Below, one piece after another: positions 13,201 to 23,929 of a stretch of 64,000 bases of DNA; the first letter of the stretch is position 1, and every line of letters begins with the position of its first letter. The DNA comes from Cyanophora paradoxa CCMP329. Taxonomy: Eukaryota > Plantae > Glaucophyta. Both the position numbers and the translations under genes were made by a program. Location of the stretch: contig QPMI01000416.1 in assembly GCA_004431415.1 (NCBI GenBank), positions 372,001 through 436,000 of the forward strand. The letters run 5' to 3'. The notes beneath the pieces were generated by a model. The model saw only the letters and a list, made by a program, of their open reading frames with translations. It was not told the origin of the DNA and did not search any database.

Positions 13201-16200
13201 GGGGCGGGCCCGGGGCGGGCGAGGGGCGCGCAGAGCGGCCGTAGAGACCCCAGGGGGGGGGGGGTAAGCTGGGGTACCTCGACGCTGGCCTCGTCCGCGA
13301 GGCCGTACTTGTGGAGCACCAGCCGCGCGAACCTGCGCGGAGGAGGGCGGGGCGGGTCGACCGGGGCTAATTAGGCGCTTTCATTGTAGTCTAAGCTGCT
13401 ATAGTAAGCTAGCTCAGGGCTCCTCGGCACCGCCGATGTAGGCTAATTATAAGCTGCTAATGAGGGCGCGTTTATTGTGGTTTAAGCTGTCATGAGGTGG
13501 GACTAATAATTATTATAGAAGTCAAGGGCGCACTATTTAAATCAAGGGCGCATTAGTATTATTATTATTATTTAAGATGTTGGCGGGCGCTTCTATGAGT
13601 CTAAGCTATTATAAGTTAGGACTAATAATAAGTCAAGGGCGCACTCCTCCGCGCCGCCGATGTAGCGGCAGCTCCCGTCGTAGACGAGGGGCGAGCCCTC
13701 GTGCTTCATGAAGCCCAGCTGCGTCGGAAGGAGAGGGTTAGAAGAGAGCTCGAGTCGGGAAGTTAAGAAGAAGTTGGCTGAAGGGTTAGGGGGCCGGGGC
13801 GGCGCGCCTGCTTGCACGTCTCCCGCAGCTGGTGCGTCCACGCCCGCGGGTGGAACATGTCGACCTGCACGGATTCGAACCGGCGCCTCCAAACGCGGCC
13901 CCGACCCGGCCACACCTGAACGGTCACGCAGGGGAGGGACGCCTGCAGCAGGAGGGCCAGCAGCTCCGTCTGCGCCCGGCTAAGCCCGGAAAGAAACGGG
14001 AGCCGCGCGGATTCGAACCCGCGCACCTTCGCGAACGCGAGGTCGTCGGCCCGCCCGATGACGACGTACGTGGGCGGGGGCCTTTGCGGCGGGGGCACCG
14101 GCGACGTCAGAGAACACAGAGAGGTGGCGCGCTGCGCTGAACGCAAACGTACCCCGGGTTGCGCTTGGCGGGGTAGCAGGCCCAGGGCGACGTCGAAATG
14201 TCACGGCGCGACGCGGCGGCCGCCAGGCGGCTCTTGGAGTCCAAGTTCCAGGGCCGCACGCTCCCGCCCTAAACAAAGCAGAGAAAGTAGGTAAAGGTTA
14301 GGGAAGCAAAAGGAGGCAAGAAGAGGCAAGAAAAAAACCGGCTCGAAGTGGACCGGGACTTTAAGGATACGCTAGCTATAGGGAGCTAGTACGAAAGCTA
14401 GAAGTAGCAAGAAGCAATTTGAGGAGTAGAAGTAATAGTAAGCGCTTATAAGACGAAGCAAGCTTCAAGAATGGAAAGCAGTAGCTATAGGCTTCGAAGA
14501 CGAAGAAGAAGAAAGCGAAGCCGCGGATCCGGACGCACGCGGGGCACGAAGTGGAGGTCGACTACGAGGCGGCCGTAGGAGGGGCTTTAAGGATACGCCA
14601 GGGAGCTAGTAAGAAAGCTAGCTATGAGTAGCAAAAGCAATATGAGTAGTAATAAAGCTAGAGTAGTAGGACTAGAAAGACAGAAAGCGAGGAGCGGGGA
14701 GCGGGGGGGGGGGGGGGTAGAGGGCGCACGCGGGGCACGAAGTGGAGGTCCACGACGAGGCGGCCGTAGGAGGCCGCGGCGAGGGCGAGGCCGCGCTCCT
14801 GGCCCACCGCCACGAAGGGGCCCAGCGACACCACGACCCTGCGGCCGGGCCGGAGTCAGGCAGAAAGGGGGCGGAGGGAAAACAGGTGGGGGGGTAGGGA
14901 GAAAGTTAAGATGAAGCGAAGGACGTGGAAAGCTAAAGATGAAGTTAAGAGTTAAGATGAAGCTAAGCTAAGGACGTGGAAAGCTAAGCAAGGTCCGGTG
15001 TAGTTTAGAAGGAGGCGGGGGAAAGCCGTCGCTGCGGACCCGCTGCGGACGGCGGCGTCGGAGAGGTCGGCCAGGTCCAGCGCTGCCTCGGCGATCCCCC
15101 GGTCCGACCCCACCTGCCGCGGGACAAGGCTTAGGTTTAGGGCTGGGCCCGCCAGGCTTAGCTTAGGTTGCTTAGGCCGAGCCGACCTGCCGCCGCCCCG
15201 CGTCAGCCCAAAGCCGGCCGGGCCGGGGCGCTCGCTTGGGGGGTACTACCTTCTCCTGGTCCCACACGGCGAGGCGGAGGCGCGATCCCGCGAGCTCCAT
15301 CACCTCGAAGCCCGGCGGCTCGTACCTAAAGAAAGAGAGAAGGGAATCAGAAAGTGGGGCCGCCCGGATTCGAACCCGCGCACCCGAAGGCCGGGTCCGT
15401 ACCCCGCGCCACCGCCGAGCGCTCCGCCTTCGGCCCGCCGACCTGAAGAGAGCCGTTGGGGTTTTTTTTCGGGGAGGGGGGGGGGTACAGGGCGAGGGGC
15501 GGGGTTACGCGCGCACCAGCTCCGCGACGACGTAGGGGTCCACAGTTCCGAAGCCTGATGGGAGGGGGGGGGGGGGGGGGGGGGGGTGGGGGGGGGTACG
15601 ATGACGAGGGGGGCACGGCGCACGCTCGACCTTGGGGAGTCCCTCCCCCCTCACGACGCGAACGAAGACTCGCCCCGCCGGCTCCGGCGGCGGCGGCGGA
15701 GGCGATTGTACCCCGGGCCCGGTCGCCTCCTCCCCGGCGGCCGCCTGCGCAGCTGCGATCTCCTGCGGCGAAAGGCTCAGCCGGGCTCTTGGAGGGGGGA
15801 GAGGGATAGCAGGGCACGGGTACGCACGTCCAGGATTGAGTTCTTTGCCGTCTTCGATTTCTTCATCGATTTGGCCTGTGGGGGGGTACGGATTGAACCG
15901 AGGATTGGATCACGTTTCGGGAGGGTCGGGGGGCGGCGTACCCCCGTCCCCTCCCCGGGGGTAGTGGAAGTGCGGGGGGGCTCCGGCGTTCTGCTCTTCG
16001 GCCGCTCCTCCCCCCCCTTCTGCTGCGGGCGTCGGCGGTGCGCCCAGGGGAGAAAGGGGGGGGGGGGGGGGAGAGGGGAAGAAACCTCGGGGGAGTACGA
16101 GAGAGCGAACTGCGCCGTCGACTCGCCCTTTGAGGTACCCCCCTCCAGCGCGCGCTATCGGAAGAATCAGAGAAGTGCGAGTGGGAGGGGGGGTAGGGGG

Positions 16201-17858
16201 GCGGGCACCTGGCCCGACTCAGGGGTACCGGACAGGATGGCGTCGCTGATGGGTATGCGGATCTCGCCGAGGAGGGTGGGGGGCAGCGGTGGGTTCTCGT
16301 CGAAGAACTGCGTACCCCGACGGGTGTGCGATCAGGAAAAAGAGGTACGGGATTCGGGGGATGGGGTACGCCCTCGCCTTGAGCACGACGACTGAGCCCG
16401 CGGGTTCGGACAGCGGCAGGAGAATATCCTCGTCGAACACCGGCGAGCTCGTTTGCTTCTGTAGGGGTACGCGCGCGTTTCGGATGGAGGGGGGAGGGGG
16501 GCAAAAGAGCGGCACGGGGGTACGCGAACCTTGGTCGTGGTGCGGCGGCGGGGCTTCTTCTCCCCCTCCACCCAAATTTCGCAGTACGGGTCCAGCTCTG
16601 CGGGTTGCTTGTAAGCGTACCCCCCCGCACCTGGGGTACGACCCCCGCGCACTGGATGCGGTCACAAGGCCCTTCGGCAGCTTCAGCTTGTCCGCGCTCG
16701 TCACTGGGGGGTACTTCAGCCTCTGCGGGATCGAGGTGGGGGGTACGGGGCACGGGAGCGGCGCACCCCGCAGGGACACGGTACCCCGGGCCTTGCGGGC
16801 GCGCGCCGCCGCCTCTGCCTCGGTCTCCGGTTCGATGAAACCCTCCTGCACGGGCGGGCCTTGGCGCTGTTTGCGGGGCCGACGGCGGCTCGGCTCAGCT
16901 CGTGAAGGCGCGGGACAGGCGGCGGGGGGTACGCCGTTCGGCGCACACACCGGCAGGTACTGAGCCGAGACGAAGAGGGTGCCGACGACCTTCCCGGTGG
17001 AGTCCTTTACCTTCGCTTGCATGTCGACCGCCTGCGGCAGACAGGGTGAGCCGCGCGGGCGTGGGAGAGGAGGGGGGAGGGGAGGGGCGGGGGACCGCTC
17101 CGCGCGCCTTCGTCTGGTCCACCCCCGAGATGTCGAACTCGGCTGTACCCATCAGCTCGTCCTTGCCAACGTCCTCGTCCCACACGTGGGCCAGGAGGGT
17201 CCCGGCCGGGGCGTCGCCCAGCAGCGGCCTGCGAACGAAGAGGCCGGCCGGTCAGCCGGCCGGTCGGGAGGGCGAGCGGGAGGGAGGGAGGGAGGGAGGG
17301 AGGGCGGGCGGGAGGGAGGGCGGGCGGGTGGGCGGGCGGGCGGGCGGGCGGCGAAGGGGCGAGAGGCGCGGGCGCTTAGAAGGCGAGCGGGCGGGAGGCG
17401 ATCCTAGAATCCTTAGTCAGCTAGCCGGCGGCCGGCCGGTCGGGCGGGCGGGAGGGCGGGCGGGCGGGCGGGCGGGCTGGCGACGAAGGGTGCGGGCGCT
17501 CACACGGGCCCGACGAGCTCGTTCCAGACCGGGTTCAAGTTGTTCTGAGGCGGGCGGCGGTCAGCTCGCGTGGCGGGAGCCGCAGGCGACGCGCCGCGGG
17601 CACCTGGATCGCCTTCGTCTTCCCGAGCTCTGCCTTGCCGAGCTGGAGGCGCACATACGCGTCCGTCAGATTGCCCGCGTACACTGCGCACGCGGGCGGT
17701 CAGCGGCGCCTCCGAGTCGAGCCGCGCCTCGAAGCCATCCGGAGGGGCGCACGGCCGGCGTCCGCGTTGGCGAGATTCTTCGCCTTGACCACGCGAATGT
17801 AAAGGTAGGTCTTGCTGCGGTCCTCGACCTTCGCGGGGTCGAAGAGCTTCACCTCCAT
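10216..17858 (-). CDS. Large multi-exon protein: three C2 domains, an MDH1B/PPIL6-N-terminal-like module and an Ala-rich helical C-terminus (could be two genes)
   Basis: ATG at 17858 gives MEVKLFDPAKVEDRSKTYLYIRVVKAKNLANAD. C2 motifs: TDAYVRL...NNLNPVWNE...VWDEDVGKDELMGTAEFDI; LDPYCEIW...SSPVFDE...FFDENPPLPPTLLGEIRIPI; GRVFVRVVRG...TVDPYVVAEL...LRLAVWDQEK. Then TYVVIGRADDLAFAK...FHPRAWTHQLRETC...HEGSPLVY...YIGGAEE. Terminal exon ...PRPLGMD* ends at 10216. Confidence 0.7.
11990..13110. repeat. Intronic array of degenerate copies of the upstream exon end and splice donor
   Basis: The real junction at about 13052-13090 (ggacctcgaggtagttgtcgaggcgctcgcggcggacgg) recurs at about 12190, 12450, 12570, 12695 and 12845, separated by TA-rich sequence. 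Confidence 0.8.
17265..17480 (+). repeat. (GGGA)n/(GGGC)n intronic microsatellite
   Basis: Runs of gggaggga and gggcgggc inside an intron of the C2 gene. Confidence 0.8.
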
Positions 17859-18673
17859 CGCGTGGCTCTACGGCTGCTAGCGCGCGGCGACCGCTGAGCG
17901 CTTCGCCTGCGAGATGAGGCACTCCCCCGCTCGCTGCGCTGGCCCGCAGCTGCCAGCGACAGATATAGCACTTCGGAGGGGGGCGCGCAGCTAAGACTTC
18001 CAGCCGCTCCGCTAGGTTGCAAATAGTCTAGAGCTTCCAGCAATGCACACGCCGTGCGTTCAGCGCTCGCGTCTGTTCGGCAGCTCCGGCTTGTGGGGAG
18101 GGGCAATTTCAGGGGGGGTAGAGCTGAAACGGCGTTCTGCGAGAGTGGACCGCCGGCGCCAGCTCGAGCTCGAGTTCGCAAATTGCGACTTGGCGCCGGC
18201 GGCCGGCGGCCCGCGGGCCGCGGCCGGCGCTGGCGCCGGCCTGGGCCGGCCAAGTTGGCAAGCCATCGGCGCCGGCGCCGGCTAGCGGCTGTCCAGCGCT
18301 AGCCGGCGCCGCCCGTTGCGATCGCGATCGACGTTACTAAGTTAAAGTTGAGTTGGCGCGCGCACGTGCACGGCCGGGGCGCCGCGCGCGGCCGCGCCGG
18401 CCGCGGGCGCGCGCTACTAGTATACTAGGCTACCTCGAGCTCGGCGTTGCCTCGAGCTCGAGCTAGATCTCGTGCGCAGCTGCGCAGTGCGCGCATGCGC
18501 ATGCCCGTATACGTAAGCTTAAGCGCGCTGTAGCTAGCCTCTTGCTAGCGGCTAGCTATAGCCCCAGCGCTCGCGGCGGCGGGAGCTCGAGTGATCGGTG
18601 CAGCTGCCGCAGTGCAGGCCAGGTCACCGGGTGCACTGTCACAGCGCCTGCACAGCTGCAGCCTTGCCAAGTT

Positions 18674-18835
18674 GAAATCAGCCGCGCAGAGTCTAGATCT
18701 GGAAAGCCTGGCAGGCGCGCGCAGCTGCAGGCAGCGACTTGCCATCGGTGAAATCAGCCGCGCAGAGTCTACGTATCGATATCGCCCGTCTAGATCTGGA
18801 AAGCCTGGCAGGCGCGCGCAGCTGCAGGCAGCGAC
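18674..18835 (+). repeat. Tandem duplication of about 65 bp
   Basis: gaaatcagccgcgcagagtct...agatctggaaagcctggcaggcgcgcgcagctgcaggcagcgac occurs twice; the second copy has an internal insertion. Confidence 0.8.
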
Positions 18836-19458
18836 AAGCTTGAAGGCTTAAGCGGCTGAACTGCGCGCGCGGAGCGATCGGCTCCAAATCCGCAGGGCCT
18901 AGGCCAAGGTCTAGACCTACGCTGCAACGTTAGCGTGCGCGGGGCGATCACTGAGTCAACTCACTCAGTGACTGCTGCCAGCAGCCCGCGCCGCAGTTCC
19001 ACCGCAGTAAACGTATACGTGGCGCTTAGCGCGTCTGCGCCGCGGCGGTGTGCCGCTTTCGCAGATCTAGACTCTCAGATTCTGAGATTCTTGCGGCCGT
19101 AGTCCGTCGACGTCGGACTTCGCGAGTGCCGCAGAGCCCCGCGGCCGGCCAGGCCCGACGACGAGTGCTCGGGCGGGATGATCGATATCACGATCGATAT
19201 CATGAGGCCCGCTCGCGCTCGGGCTCAGGGGCGCACGCGGTCAGATTCGCGGATGCCCTTGCATGGTGAGCTGCCCCATGACCACCGTGACGCACTTCCC
19301 AGCTGCCCGCATTTATTGCTGCTGGGTTTAGTGACTAGCTATGTGTATATCCTCACGCGCCAGCCCTGCTTCAAATTAAATTACAGCCCGCGGTTCAAAT
19401 TCCCGCTCTTAATTTCTGACACGCCAGTGCAGAATTCGAAAACGCCCGCACTGGCATG

Positions 19459-19565
19459 TATTGCAGCAGTGATATACTGTCCAAGTCCCTGTAGCCCTGT
19501 ACCCCTGTAGTCAGTCCACCTGTACCCCCAATACACCACCTTGCCAGCTATCTAGCCTGGCAATA
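19459..19565 (+). repeat. 5' LTR
   Basis: TATTGCAGCAG...CCTGGCAATA, identical to the 3' copy, with terminal inverted repeat TATTGC/GCAATA. Confidence 0.92.
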
Positions 19566-20437
19566 CCCTCGCCGGAGACTCTACGCGCACTCCGTGCTAG
19601 CCAGCTGTCAACAACAGTTGCGCCGGCCGAGGCCGTAGGAGTTCGGCGCGTCTACGCGGTGGTGCAGCAACAGCGGTTCATCCGGCCAGCTAGCGACTAC
19701 GGGGGAGGGACAACAGCCTCAGATCGTGAGGTGCGCACCGGCGCAAGCCGCCCGGGCACGCCGCCCGTGGTCGGTCCGGTGCGCAACGGGCAACTTGTCT
19801 CTTGGACCATCGCCGGCCCAGCGGAGCCAGCGAGCGAGCGATCAGTGCTCAGAGGACACTGCGAAAGCAGTGGGAGCCCGCAGATCGCGCACCGCATCGC
19901 GGCCGCGATCTTCGTAAGCTCCAGGCAGCTACGGTCGAAAGAGGCTTGCGGGGGCGTTTCGGCAACCCCGTAGGTCCGCCTTTCATCGTAGTAAAGAGAC
20001 GTCGTCAGGGGTCGTTTCGGCTGCCCCGCGCGTACGCTCTCGAGCCTTCCGGCGACCCAGCGTCAGCAGGCGGTCGCCAGCCCAACTCGCCACCAGACGA
20101 GCGCGCGCGTGCGGGGACGCCACCCACGGGTCGTACGCAGTGTTCGGTGGACGTGGGCGCACGCGGAGCTCGGCGGACGGAGTAACGGCGGCAACTCGCA
20201 GAGGCCCGCTCACGACCTCGACCAAGCCCGCCACGACGCCCGCTTCAGCGCCGCGCACCTCTCGGCCCTTCGAAGGGGGAGACTCTGCCAAAATTTTTGG
20301 CTCAGCTCGTCGCCGGCTCGCCAGCGATCAGCCGACAGTCGCCCCGTACCAGCCAGCGGACAGCTTCCAGCACCGCGAGCTACAGCCTCATCCCTGATCG
20401 TCCTTCCTTTCTCCCCTTCAACTACTACCTCTCTACG

Positions 20438-23400
20438 ATGCACTCGGGCTCCGGACCCGGGCGGATCGGGCGGCCGCCGCCGGTGCCGACGGCGGGCATG
20501 TCCCACATCGCGGCCATCACCAACCGGAAGGCGGCGGAGCAGCAGACCTACAACCAGCGGATGCAGTACACGGAGCCGCCGGCGCCGGTCACGCTCGCCA
20601 AGGGCACCGTCGTCATGAGCTTCGGCACTCCGCTGACGATGTCGAACGTCAAGCAAACGCTCGACCAGTTCACGAAGGTGGCGCACACCAAGAACTACTT
20701 CGCCGGCGTTCCCACCACGCCGGAGGAACGGCGCACGGTCAGCTACACCCTCACGGAGTTCTCCCAGCTACTCTCGGCCCGGGACAAGGCCGACTTCCTC
20801 CAGCACCTGCACCGCCAAGAGCAGCACGACGCGGCGCTGGCCAAACCGGCGGCGGACGTCGCCGCGCAGGAGCGGACGTTGGCAGGCATCCCGTTGGCGG
20901 ACGTTCTCCGGCGCACGCAGGAGCAGAACCGACTCGACGAACTGCAGCGGACACTGCAGGCGGCGCAGCGGCGAGCCCCACAACCACCGTTGCGTCACGT
21001 CGGCGACCTCGCCCGCTGGCTCCACGCCCGCATCGACCCCATCGACAAGTCTCGCATCATCGGCTTCACGCGCGAGATGCACATTGGTCTACGGCCCAAC
21101 CACCACTTCGAGGCTACGGTGGAGGCGATTGAGCTCAGCGGCAGGACCCCGTCCCCGGCAGTCGTCCTGGAGGCGCTGGAAGAGCAGATCCTTCTCCGCC
21201 ACCAACAGCATGTCGACGCCTGGGAGATGTTCGGCACCGAGGCCCATCACCGGCGCAAGAACTTCGAGACAATGGTCGACAAGGTGATGCCCCAGCTCCG
21301 GGAGCTCCGTCGGCAGCTCGAGGCCGACATGCCGGGCAACACCGAGCTCCAGACTTCCTCCTTCCTCGCTTCCGCCCCGGCAATCTTCCTGCAACCGCCG
21401 ATCTACAACAACAGCTGGGACATCAACCTCGGGGAGGAGGACGCGAAGTCGTCCACGGCTCACTCGATCCGGATGGCAGCAGCGGTATCGGCGGAGGAGG
21501 GCGCAGCGTCCAACACGGAGGAGATGTCGGCACTCTTCGGAGGCAGCGGGGGCGACTCGTTCGACGTGACGCCGACCAAGCGGCCTCGCCACGAGCTCAG
21601 CGGCTCTCCGACGAGTGACAGGCAGCTCTCAACGGCGAGCCCGGCGACACGGTTGGCGTCGGACGTCGCAGCGGCATCGTTTACGCTCGGGGCCGACCGA
21701 GAGCTCCGTCGACTCTCCGATCAGCAGGCGGCGCTGCAGCAGCAGCTGCTGCAACAGCAGCAGCAACAGGCGCAGCAGTTCCTGACCCTCCAGCAGCAGC
21801 AGCAGCAGCAGCAGGCGGCGACGCACGCGCACATCATGGCGGTGCAGGCGACGCAGCTCACCACGGCGCAGCAGATCGGCTCGGCCTTCAACGCGGCGCC
21901 GTATGCCCCGCGGCCCCAGGGCCCGACCGCCCCGGGCGGGGCGACCCCGCTCCCGTTCCAGCCCCCGCTCGGCGGAACGCGGGACGGAGCTCGGCCGCAG
22001 CCGCAGGGCAAGGTTTGCGGCCTCCTCTGCCACCGTGGACTTCGGCGGGGCCAAGTCTGCGGCGTGAACCACGCCAAGCAGAACGCGGTCTGGCGCTCGG
22101 CGATCCAGCTCCACGATATGGCGCACCCGGGGCGCACGGTGAACGCGACGGCGGCGGGAATCCTGCAGCGGAACCCGGTGCCGGAGTGTCCGGGCGAAGA
22201 CTGCCGGCGGTGCTACACTCTCTTCCCCCAGCTGTACGACACGCGGGACCTCCCCCCCCATCGGCACGACGAGAGCGAGGAGTGCCCGGTGTTGCGAGCC
22301 CTGCGGAACATGGCGCCCCTGCACCACCTTCCGCAGTTGCCAGTCGGCTGGCGCGACCTCCTGATCCAGGCGGGCGTCATCCAGGAGTCGCGGATCCCGA
22401 CGGCGCAGCCCCCGCGCTTCCAGCCCCAGCCCATGCTCCCGGCGCCGGTGCCGGCGGCGGCGAACCCGTGGACGGCCAACCCCTACCCTCCCGCAGCGTT
22501 CCCGGCCGGCTACGGCGTACAGTACCCCCCGCTCGGCCAGACGCCGGCGGCGACACTGACCCCGCCGCCGCCCGCGAAGCCCCCTCAGACCTGCCACATC
22601 TGCAAGCAACCCGGCCACTTTGCTCGCGAGTGCCAGCAGTCGAGGCAGCAGGCGGCGCCGGCGGGCCGCGGAGGCGGCCGCCGGGAGAACTTCCGCTCGG
22701 TCCCACCCCCGCAGCAGTACCACCCCCAGCAGCCGGCACAGGTGAACTACGCGGCGACGGGAGCCAATGCGTTCCCCGTGGCACCGGCGGGCTACATCCC
22801 GGTGGCACCGGCCACACCGGCAGCGGCACCCGTGGATGCCAACTCGCCGCAGTTCTTCGCGGAGGTCATGGCGATCATGCAGCAGAAGCTCGCAGCGCGG
22901 GCGGCGCAGACGAACGCGGTGGCGGTCAGCAAGGCCGACCTCGACGCTATGGTGGGGGCTGAGATGGACGCTCTGCTGGCGACCCGGGCGACGCAGACGC
23001 AGCCGGCGAGCCGTCCAAACTCCTACTCCCTGGACGCCCTCCGCTTCGGCGACGAGGCACGCGGCTACCGCATGGGCGCGCCAGAGGATGCGGAGCGCAC
23101 GGAGTGGAGGTCGGGCGCTACGACCCCGTCAACGACGTGGGCCACCCCGGCGGGCTCAGAGCACGGCGGTGCCTCGACGACCACATCCCCGCAGCCGGCG
23201 GCGACGGCCCCCAGCATCGTCGCGACGGCGGGGACGGACTCGGGCGCCCCGCCGGCCGAGCGCCGGCAGCGGTCGGCTTTGCTGGCGCTCATCACCGATG
23301 GCGCGCGTGCACGGCTGGCGGATATGGCACTGGAGCGGGAGACGGTCATGACCATGCCGGAGGAGGAGCGCGCGGCACACCAGCAGCTCTGGGAGGAGGA

Positions 23401-23929
23401 CGACGACCCGGGGGAGGCGGCGACGGACTCGGAGACGGACAGCCTCGACGGCGAGCCCCTCCGTCTTCGCGGCGGCGGCTACCCCGACGGGGACGCCGAC
23501 GCTGACACTGACGCCGACGAGGTGATGCTCGACGACGGTGGGAACGCTGACTCTGACGGCGAGCCTCTCCATCTTCGTGGCGGCGGCTACTCCGACGGGG
23601 ACGTTGACGCTGACACTGACGCCGACGAAGTGACGCTCGACGGCGGCGGGAACGCTGACTCTGACGGCGAGCCTCTCCGTCTTCGCAGCGGCGGCTACTC
23701 CGACGGGGACGCCGACGCTGACACTGACGCCGACGAGGTGATGCTCGACGGCGGCGGGAACGCTGACTCTGACGGCGAACCTCTCCGTCTTCGCGGCGGC
23801 GGCCATGGAGATTCACCGCCAAGCAACGTTCTACCTCACGGTAGTCAGCAACGCGTGCGGGCGGACGACGCGGGACACTCTCCGGGCAAATGCAGTTCCA
23901 CCGCTCGACCCCCGAGCTATGCATCCTGA
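20438..23929 (+). CDS. gag: Retrotransposon Gag-like ORF1
   Basis: Long open frame with first ATG at 20438; poly-Q and Pro-rich tracts; CCHC knuckle CHICKQPGHFAREC; C-terminal acidic repeats containing LRLRGG. Confidence 0.85.
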   Translation: MHSGSGPGRIGRPPPVPTAGMSHIAAITNRKAAEQQTYNQRMQYTEPPAPVTLAKGTVVMSFGTPLTMSNVKQTLDQFTKVAHTKNYFAGVPTTPEERRTVSYTLTEFSQLLSARDKADFLQHLHRQEQHDAALAKPAADVAAQERTLAGIPLADVLRRTQEQNRLDELQRTLQAAQRRAPQPPLRHVGDLARWLHARIDPIDKSRIIGFTREMHIGLRPNHHFEATVEAIELSGRTPSPAVVLEALEEQILLRHQQHVDAWEMFGTEAHHRRKNFETMVDKVMPQLRELRRQLEADMPGNTELQTSSFLASAPAIFLQPPIYNNSWDINLGEEDAKSSTAHSIRMAAAVSAEEGAASNTEEMSALFGGSGGDSFDVTPTKRPRHELSGSPTSDRQLSTASPATRLASDVAAASFTLGADRELRRLSDQQAALQQQLLQQQQQQAQQFLTLQQQQQQQQAATHAHIMAVQATQLTTAQQIGSAFNAAPYAPRPQGPTAPGGATPLPFQPPLGGTRDGARPQPQGKVCGLLCHRGLRRGQVCGVNHAKQNAVWRSAIQLHDMAHPGRTVNATAAGILQRNPVPECPGEDCRRCYTLFPQLYDTRDLPPHRHDESEECPVLRALRNMAPLHHLPQLPVGWRDLLIQAGVIQESRIPTAQPPRFQPQPMLPAPVPAAANPWTANPYPPAAFPAGYGVQYPPLGQTPAATLTPPPPAKPPQTCHICKQPGHFARECQQSRQQAAPAGRGGGRRENFRSVPPPQQYHPQQPAQVNYAATGANAFPVAPAGYIPVAPATPAAAPVDANSPQFFAEVMAIMQQKLAARAAQTNAVAVSKADLDAMVGAEMDALLATRATQTQPASRPNSYSLDALRFGDEARGYRMGAPEDAERTEWRSGATTPSTTWATPAGSEHGGASTTTSPQPAATAPSIVATAGTDSGAPPAERRQRSALLALITDGARARLADMALERETVMTMPEEERAAHQQLWEEDDDPGEAATDSETDSLDGEPLRLRGGGYPDGDADADTDADEVMLDDGGNADSDGEPLHLRGGGYSDGDVDADTDADEVTLDGGGNADSDGEPLRLRSGGYSDGDADADTDADEVMLDGGGNADSDGEPLRLRGGGHGDSPPSNVLPHGSQQRVRADDAGHSPGKCSSTARPPSYAS
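23447..23803 (+). repeat. 108-bp (36-aa) tandem repeat, 3.3 copies, each encoding EPL(R/H)LR(G/S)GG plus an acidic spacer
   Basis: Units start at 23447, 23555, 23663 and 23771. Confidence 0.95.
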
